64,000 bases of DNA, taken from a virus. The notes beneath the pieces are model-generated. The model had not been told where the DNA came from, did no database searches, and saw only the letters and a program-made list of their open reading frames with translations. The DNA is taken from the IMG/VR virus record IMGVR_UViG_3300025770_000006, positions 109,359 through 173,358 of that record; one strand, written 5' to 3'. The translations under genes and the position numbers were made by a program. Positions 59,030-64,000 of this stretch are shown one piece after another (position 1 is the stretch's first letter; every line of letters begins with the position of its first letter).

Positions 59030-59791
59030 TTATCTTCTCTTAAACTTCGCTTTATTGAGGTGAATCTGAATGTGTCCTTTTTCTCCTATACCAATATCAT
59101 AGTCCTTATCGTAGCCCGATTTGAGCTTTTGAAATATGGGGTACTTTCTTGTTAGGAGTTTATTAAGATCATTGGTTAGAGGTCCAGCCCACTCATCCCA
59201 CCAACCTTCTTCATCCCAACCTTCTGGATCACAGTCATCATCCCAATCCTCATCACAGTCATAATTCTCTCCAACATAATGGTCGAGTCTATGTCTATTC
59301 ATAGGTTCTATCCATAGGAACCAGGTATCTCCATCGTCACTTAGATCCATACCACTCATACGACTGCCATTCGGGGTCCTTGATCTAATCAAGAAATCGT
59401 ATACCTCTTGAGCTGTCGGTAGTTGTTCTTCAACTGTAGGTCGAGATCGAGGTGTTGATCTAGTAGGTGTTGGTTGTCGAACAGCTCTTGCACTTGGAAC
59501 AGAGGGTTGTCTACCTGTTGGGTTGGATCTAAATGAGTCAGCCAAGTCAGATGCGTTGTTTCTGTGCATCATCTTTCTGATGTTTTTTAGATCACGATCA
59601 CTAAGATCTCCACCGTCTTTGAGGATCTGAAGGTATCCTCCAAGTTCAATGACCATTCTCGTGTCAGTTCGGTTTTGAGCTATGAAACCCCTAAGAACTT
59701 CATAAGCCTCTGTCTTAGTAGTCGCTTGTTTTTCAAGCCTTGCAATCCTCATCTCAAGACTTCTGATTATTTCTGAGGCTGATCTTCTCAT
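59030..59791 (-). CDS. Leader-tagged protein (MRRSASEIIRSLEMRIARLEKQA) with acidic, W-rich cargo
   Basis: Leader, GGAG RBS, motif at 59829-59844. Confidence 0.8.
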   Translation of the reverse strand: MRRSASEIIRSLEMRIARLEKQATTKTEAYEVLRGFIAQNRTDTRMVIELGGYLQILKDGGDLSDRDLKNIRKMMHRNNASDLADSFRSNPTGRQPSVPSARAVRQPTPTRSTPRSRPTVEEQLPTAQEVYDFLIRSRTPNGSRMSGMDLSDDGDTWFLWIEPMNRHRLDHYVGENYDCDEDWDDDCDPEGWDEEGWWDEWAGPLTNDLNKLLTRKYPIFQKLKSGYDKDYDIGIGEKGHIQIHLNKAKFKRR

Positions 59792-59841
59792 AAGTGTTCT
59801 CCATTGATTTAGGTTAGTTAAGATCTAGTATAATGAAACTA

Positions 59842-60744
59842 TTAAAAGCGATCTCTATCAAAAGAATCGCTATCAAAGTCTGCAATCACATCATATTCAA
59901 TTTGAGCAACGACAATAACAGTTAAATATCTGTCATCATCTCGAAAGATGTCTCTAACTTCATAATCATACTCGATCACTTCGATTTGAGAGATGTTATG
60001 ATAGCTAGGGAGTCTCTGTTTTATCTCATATTCAACTTCACCAAAAGCTAAGTCAATTTCTTCTGATCCCATATTTCTCAAGATGTTGTTCTCAATGTTC
60101 TTAGTGAGAGCATCACACAAGATTTTAGTAGATTTATCTTCTGGAGGATAGAAGTCATCTAAGTTCATCTTAGCTAGTTTCTCAAGGTCTTTTAAGTCAA
60201 CTTTGAGCTTCATCTTGGTCTTTGATCCTACGACACCCGAAACTGTGTCCAATTCGGGATAAGCTGGATTGCTAGGGTGTAGCATAGAGTTTGATTCAAC
60301 TTCGATCTCACCTTTCATAAGTTTTTCATTCTTATTGATGACTTCACCATCAAGAATAGAAGCAGACAAAGCATGGAGGAAATGATTTGCTTGTCGATCA
60401 GAAACACCTGGCATCATTGCTTGAACAGACTTTAATCCTGTACCTGCTTGTTTCAGACTCGCATTACGATAACTCGATGTTATCCGATCTGCATCACGAT
60501 CTGACAGATACATATCTGTATCCCGATCATAATACTTGCCTGCTTTCGGGTCGTAGTAAAGAACTTCACCACCTTTAAACATGAAAGGCCCTTCAAGACC
60601 TTGATTGGAAAGATCTGTGTACCGATCACGATCAAGACGGGGCAGACGATGTTTAGCCATCATTTCTTCATGGTGTCTCTTTGCAGAGGATCTCTTCTCA
60701 AGGTTCGCAATACGCACCTCAAGATTTCTGATTGTATCTTTCAT
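59842..60744 (-). CDS. Leader-variant protein (MKDTIRNLEVRIANLEKRS) with a YYDPKAGKYYDRDTD module
   Basis: ATG at 60744 with GGAG RBS; partial upstream element. Confidence 0.75.
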   Translation of the reverse strand: MKDTIRNLEVRIANLEKRSSAKRHHEEMMAKHRLPRLDRDRYTDLSNQGLEGPFMFKGGEVLYYDPKAGKYYDRDTDMYLSDRDADRITSSYRNASLKQAGTGLKSVQAMMPGVSDRQANHFLHALSASILDGEVINKNEKLMKGEIEVESNSMLHPSNPAYPELDTVSGVVGSKTKMKLKVDLKDLEKLAKMNLDDFYPPEDKSTKILCDALTKNIENNILRNMGSEEIDLAFGEVEYEIKQRLPSYHNISQIEVIEYDYEVRDIFRDDDRYLTVIVVAQIEYDVIADFDSDSFDRDRF

Positions 60745-60788
60745 TAGTATCTCCATTTATTTGGTAGGGTTAATGATCTAAAATTTGA

Positions 60789-61904
60789 CTATCTAAGAGA
60801 GACTGCTTCCATTTTATAAGTCAAATAAGTGATTGCAGGGTATCGACTCGCTGTCTTACCCTCTACCATCTCATCATATTCGTCAGTATTAACCACCCAG
60901 CGATACATCGCTTTCTCTAAGAGAGCTAAAAACCCTGTTATGATGAGTGGTGCAAAACTACCTATGTTTTGTTTTAGATAATCCTTAACCTGATCTGCAT
61001 TTAAACTGATCGGTTGGTATTGAGATATTGGAGTCTCTATCGTTGTATGCTCAATTTGAAGGAAGTTATTATCTGAAGCAGGGATAGCGTCTAATGTAAG
61101 ATCTCCTTTTGACATTGCTACTTCCATTTTTTTAGCAAGGTCTTGGGCTTCTTCTATCGTGGGGAGCTGTGTGGTCGGAGGAACTTCTTGAACAATACGA
61201 ACCCTTGTATTTTGACTCAAAGCGGTATACTCAGTCATATCTGCTAAAGTGGTTCTTAACCCAGAGGCTTGGACAATCAAACGAGCTAACATCACAATGA
61301 TCGTGGTCACTACTGTGCCTTTTAAAGCCATTATCCCCACTACCCCTATGAGAGATGTGAAAAAACGATAAAGTACCTTAGAATACCTTTTAAGAGCGTT
61401 CATGAATATCTTAAAGCTATCCCCTTCACTAATCTTCTTAGGGTTAAGGATATGCTTAAAGTCTGAATACCATGAAAGGTATGCACTTTTCATCCTCGTT
61501 TGGTTTTCGCCCACATACTTTTTAACAAGGTCTTTTAAAGGAATCTTTTTATCCTCTGCCTTACCCCCTGTGAAGATAGATTTCAAAGGGTCTGAAGGAT
61601 TAAAGGAAACGATCTTAGGTAAGCCAGCTCTTGTGGTTGTCACACCTGCCATAGCTCTAAAAATCCTTGAACCCAACAACGCCCCTAAAGAGTCGTTAAT
61701 CTTGGATTTATTTCCCTCAACTTCAAGATTGACCGTATTGTATATGTCAGCAAATCCATTGATGATCTTCTTAACAATGTTCTTAGGGATATTAACAAGA
61801 CCTTTAAATGTACTTGAAATATCATCTATGAACCCTGCTTGACGCTCTAAGTTTGCGACTCTAATTTCAAGCTCTCTTATGGTTTCACTGGCAGATCTTC
61901 TCAT
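60789..61904 (-). CDS. Leader-tagged protein (MRRSASETIRELEIRVANLERQA) with membrane-spanning cargo
   Basis: Leader; hydrophobic segments FFTSLIGVVGIMALKGTVVTTIIVMLA and FAPLIITGFLALL; full upstream element. Confidence 0.8.
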   Translation of the reverse strand: MRRSASETIRELEIRVANLERQAGFIDDISSTFKGLVNIPKNIVKKIINGFADIYNTVNLEVEGNKSKINDSLGALLGSRIFRAMAGVTTTRAGLPKIVSFNPSDPLKSIFTGGKAEDKKIPLKDLVKKYVGENQTRMKSAYLSWYSDFKHILNPKKISEGDSFKIFMNALKRYSKVLYRFFTSLIGVVGIMALKGTVVTTIIVMLARLIVQASGLRTTLADMTEYTALSQNTRVRIVQEVPPTTQLPTIEEAQDLAKKMEVAMSKGDLTLDAIPASDNNFLQIEHTTIETPISQYQPISLNADQVKDYLKQNIGSFAPLIITGFLALLEKAMYRWVVNTDEYDEMVEGKTASRYPAITYLTYKMEAVSLR

Positions 61905-61962
61905 AAGATTTCTCCATTTGATTTAAGGTTAATGAGATCACTTATGAGAACCTATAAAGAGA

Positions 61963-62397
61963 TTACAAATCTATCACCACACAAAGACCAGAGCTAGGGT
62001 ACTTCCTTTTAAGAGAATCCCACACCCTCATGGCTTGGTCGCTAGTAGAACCCGATATGCTACATTTTTCGGGTATGATGACAAAGGGTTTCCTCACCCT
62101 TTTCGACCAACCCTCTATGAGCCTTTGATAAATCTCTGACCCGATTCTCTTGCCATGATAGTCTTTACTAAGACTAACCACAGTTACTTCAAGAATTCGT
62201 ATCTCCTCACCCTCCATGACTTGAGGGTATTCATAACTGATGTCAATGAGGTCATCAGAACAGTGGTAGGTATGTACTACTTCCATCATAGAGATAGAGT
62301 CTCCATAAGCCCTAGCAAGCCCGATGACATTACCTTGATCTTTAACCTCTACAAAAACAGAGGTTGGTGTGGTTTTGACAGAGAACTCTAACATCAT
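61963..62397 (-). CDS. GNAT-fold acetyltransferase-like protein
   Basis: VSLSKDYHGKRIGSEIY (motif A) and SDQAMRVW. Confidence 0.6.
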   Translation of the reverse strand: MMLEFSVKTTPTSVFVEVKDQGNVIGLARAYGDSISMMEVVHTYHCSDDLIDISYEYPQVMEGEEIRILEVTVVSLSKDYHGKRIGSEIYQRLIEGWSKRVRKPFVIIPEKCSISGSTSDQAMRVWDSLKRKYPSSGLCVVIDL

Positions 62398-62398
62398 C

Positions 62399-62959
62399 TT
62401 AGTATTTGAGATCTAGTCCGAGTTTGCCATCCGTACCTGGTACTTTACAGCAGATACCTACGACTGTTGGGTCAACACCTAAATTGGCGTTAAGATTAGC
62501 GTCTGGGTCATTACATAACAACCCATTTTCGCTTATTTTGAGAGGGTCATTAAGGTTATATGTAATAGGGCCAGCGTTGCGAACGCCATTAACTGCTAAG
62601 GCTGTTGTTTCAAACTCTTTGAACAGAACTCTAGCACCCCCATTAATGAGAGTCAGAACAGCCGCACCCGAAGCTGAAGCTAATGCACCCGTGTTCTGAT
62701 AGGATGTGAAGTTTCTGTATGTGGATTGTCTAGCGTCAGCGTAGTTTTCTGATCCATAGAGAACGAAACCCGCTACATATTGACCATTGGATTTTTCAAC
62801 GGTAAATTCAGCCACGCTATTTTCGTTTTCTACATAGTGAACCCAAGTGCCACCTTTCCAACCTGTTTGACGCATGATCTGTCCTGCGGTGCAAGGTGTT
62901 TTATCGCCATTTTTTAAGACATCAATGTCATCCATAGTTAAATTAAGATCTATTGACAT
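62399..62959 (-). CDS. Putative virion (capsid-decoration-like) protein
   Basis: G/A/N-rich; LKISENGLL...VVGIC...LGLD resembles small head-decoration proteins; late-type operon. Confidence 0.35.
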   Translation of the reverse strand: MSIDLNLTMDDIDVLKNGDKTPCTAGQIMRQTGWKGGTWVHYVENENSVAEFTVEKSNGQYVAGFVLYGSENYADARQSTYRNFTSYQNTGALASASGAAVLTLINGGARVLFKEFETTALAVNGVRNAGPITYNLNDPLKISENGLLCNDPDANLNANLGVDPTVVGICCKVPGTDGKLGLDLKY

Positions 62960-63462
62960 TAGACTTCACCTTTGTCTTTTTTATCTTGTAAGACCTTCTT
63001 GACTGCTTTAGCCATTTCTTTCTTGTCTAAGTGTCTTTCAACAACCTTCTTTACAAGATCCTTTTTCACCTCAGATTTGGTCTGTACTTTGGGTGTAGGG
63101 GGTTTAGCTTTAGCTAACTCATCAAATGAATTAGGTACACCCTTAATCGGTTCTTCTGTTTTCACAATGAACTGATTGAGGGTACTGAACTCTTTACCTC
63201 CAGGTCTCTTGACGATCTCATCGGGAGGAGGGGGTGCAATCACAGATTCGCTTTGGATGAGATCGTCATCTTTTTTCATCTCACCCGACTGTATCGCTTT
63301 TTCGGCTGTGTCTACTTTGTTTGTGATAGCTTTCGACTCTGCTAAGTTCCTCACTGATCTTTTGGTTGGGTTGTCAAAGAAAACAGACTCGGCTGACTGT
63401 GCCTGTTCAAGCTCTGCTACTCTCCTCATCAATGAGGCTATTTTATATCTAAGATTGCTCAT
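62959..63462 (-). CDS. Hypothetical protein with a divergent leader-like N-terminus (KIASLMRRVAELEQA)
   Basis: AAGGAG RBS; TAATAGTTTATTTATA at 63496-63511. Confidence 0.65.
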   Translation of the reverse strand: MSNLRYKIASLMRRVAELEQAQSAESVFFDNPTKRSVRNLAESKAITNKVDTAEKAIQSGEMKKDDDLIQSESVIAPPPPDEIVKRPGGKEFSTLNQFIVKTEEPIKGVPNSFDELAKAKPPTPKVQTKSEVKKDLVKKVVERHLDKKEMAKAVKKVLQDKKDKGEV

Positions 63463-63663
63463 ACTAAACTCCTTGAGGCTTTAGTGTACGCAATTTATAA
63501 ATAAACTATTACTTTTTACCTATAGCGTGGGGAATCAAAACTTTTTAGATTCAACTCTATTTCCTGTTTAGGGGCTAAGTTAGGGTCTTGAGTAAACTCG
63601 TGCCACAGGTTGATCTTGACCCATGTCGGGTATATGATTAAGGGTCATACGGTATTCGACAGG

Positions 63664-63972
63664 CTAGAGGGTGCTACGAAGCCTAATGTTCGCTCGAATA
63701 TCCCAGTAGGCTTTAGAGATCTCCATTTGAGCCTCATACTCCTCTTGGGTCATGGAGGTCTCTGTGCCACCACTCAAGTTGTTGTAGTTAGCGTGTAGAG
63801 CGTTAGGGGTGATGGGAGGTGCTTCCATATTGTCGTCCTCACTTGCGTTGATGCTCACAAGTTCCCAGTTATCGGGAGACAACTCCATGATATTATCTCC
63901 ATCTTGGGCGAGAGCCACACTATTATAAAACACCAAGTCCACAACCTTTGCGACAGGCTTAAAAGAACGCAC
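63664..63972 (-). CDS. Hypothetical protein, possibly the 3' part of a gene starting beyond the window
   Basis: 102-aa acidic ORF near the window end. Confidence 0.4.
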   Translation of the reverse strand: MRSFKPVAKVVDLVFYNSVALAQDGDNIMELSPDNWELVSINASEDDNMEAPPITPNALHANYNNLSGGTETSMTQEEYEAQMEISKAYWDIRANIRLRSTL

Positions 63973-64000
63973 GACCTCCCGAAAGGGTCGGGGATCTTCC

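Noticed and set aside
6988-61904. Leader element read as an IS/MITE or a diversity-generating retroelement
   Set aside because: No terminal inverted repeats, consistent short target duplications, transposase or reverse transcriptase are visible, and differences between copies are not adenine-specific.
63972-63990. GAAA-tetraloop hairpin near the window end
   Set aside because: The stem is short and imperfect, and there is too little context to call a structured RNA.
1-64000. Alternative genetic code, tRNA or rRNA genes
   Set aside because: Long ORFs tile the window under the standard code with all three stop codons used, and no tRNA or rRNA was recognisable by eye (a tRNAscan run would be needed to exclude tRNAs).

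Overview
64 kb of a large, probably contractile-tailed (myovirus/jumbo-type) dsDNA bacteriophage. It uses the standard genetic code and GGAG Shine-Dalgarno sites. Phage-encoded lipoproteins and an outer-membrane beta-barrel suggest a diderm host. Modules: (i) virion/tail genes (1-6 kb, and a minus-strand operon at 13-27.7 kb with spike, hub, tube-like proteins, tape measure, chaperones and tail tube); (ii) replication (SNF2 helicase, degenerate loader, DnaB-like helicase); (iii) a 10-kb DNA-modification cluster (four paralogous SPPY amino-methyltransferases, two DUF2156/aminoacyl-tRNA-transferase-like proteins, a QueC-like/2OG-Fe(II) hydroxylase fusion and an ABC-ATPase/GNAT fusion) whose members share short F-rich terminal tags; (iv) an actin-like ATPase, MazG and a metallophosphoesterase; (v) many minus-strand late-type genes. 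The standout signal is a dispersed element of about 130 bp: a promoter-like TAGTTTNTTTATA motif, an RBS and a 21-24-codon leader (MRRSASEIIRNLESRVARLEK-x-A). It is fused to about 10 unrelated cargo domains, and there is also an empty frameshifted copy and a copy embedded mid-ORF. Two such cassettes sit in tandem behind the actin gene, each followed by a displaced copy of the actin gene 3' end. My inference is a mobile 'express-and-package' tagging system that recruits diverse proteins into the virion, analogous to T4 capsid-targeting-sequence internal proteins. All family assignments are from motif recognition by eye; no database searches were run.
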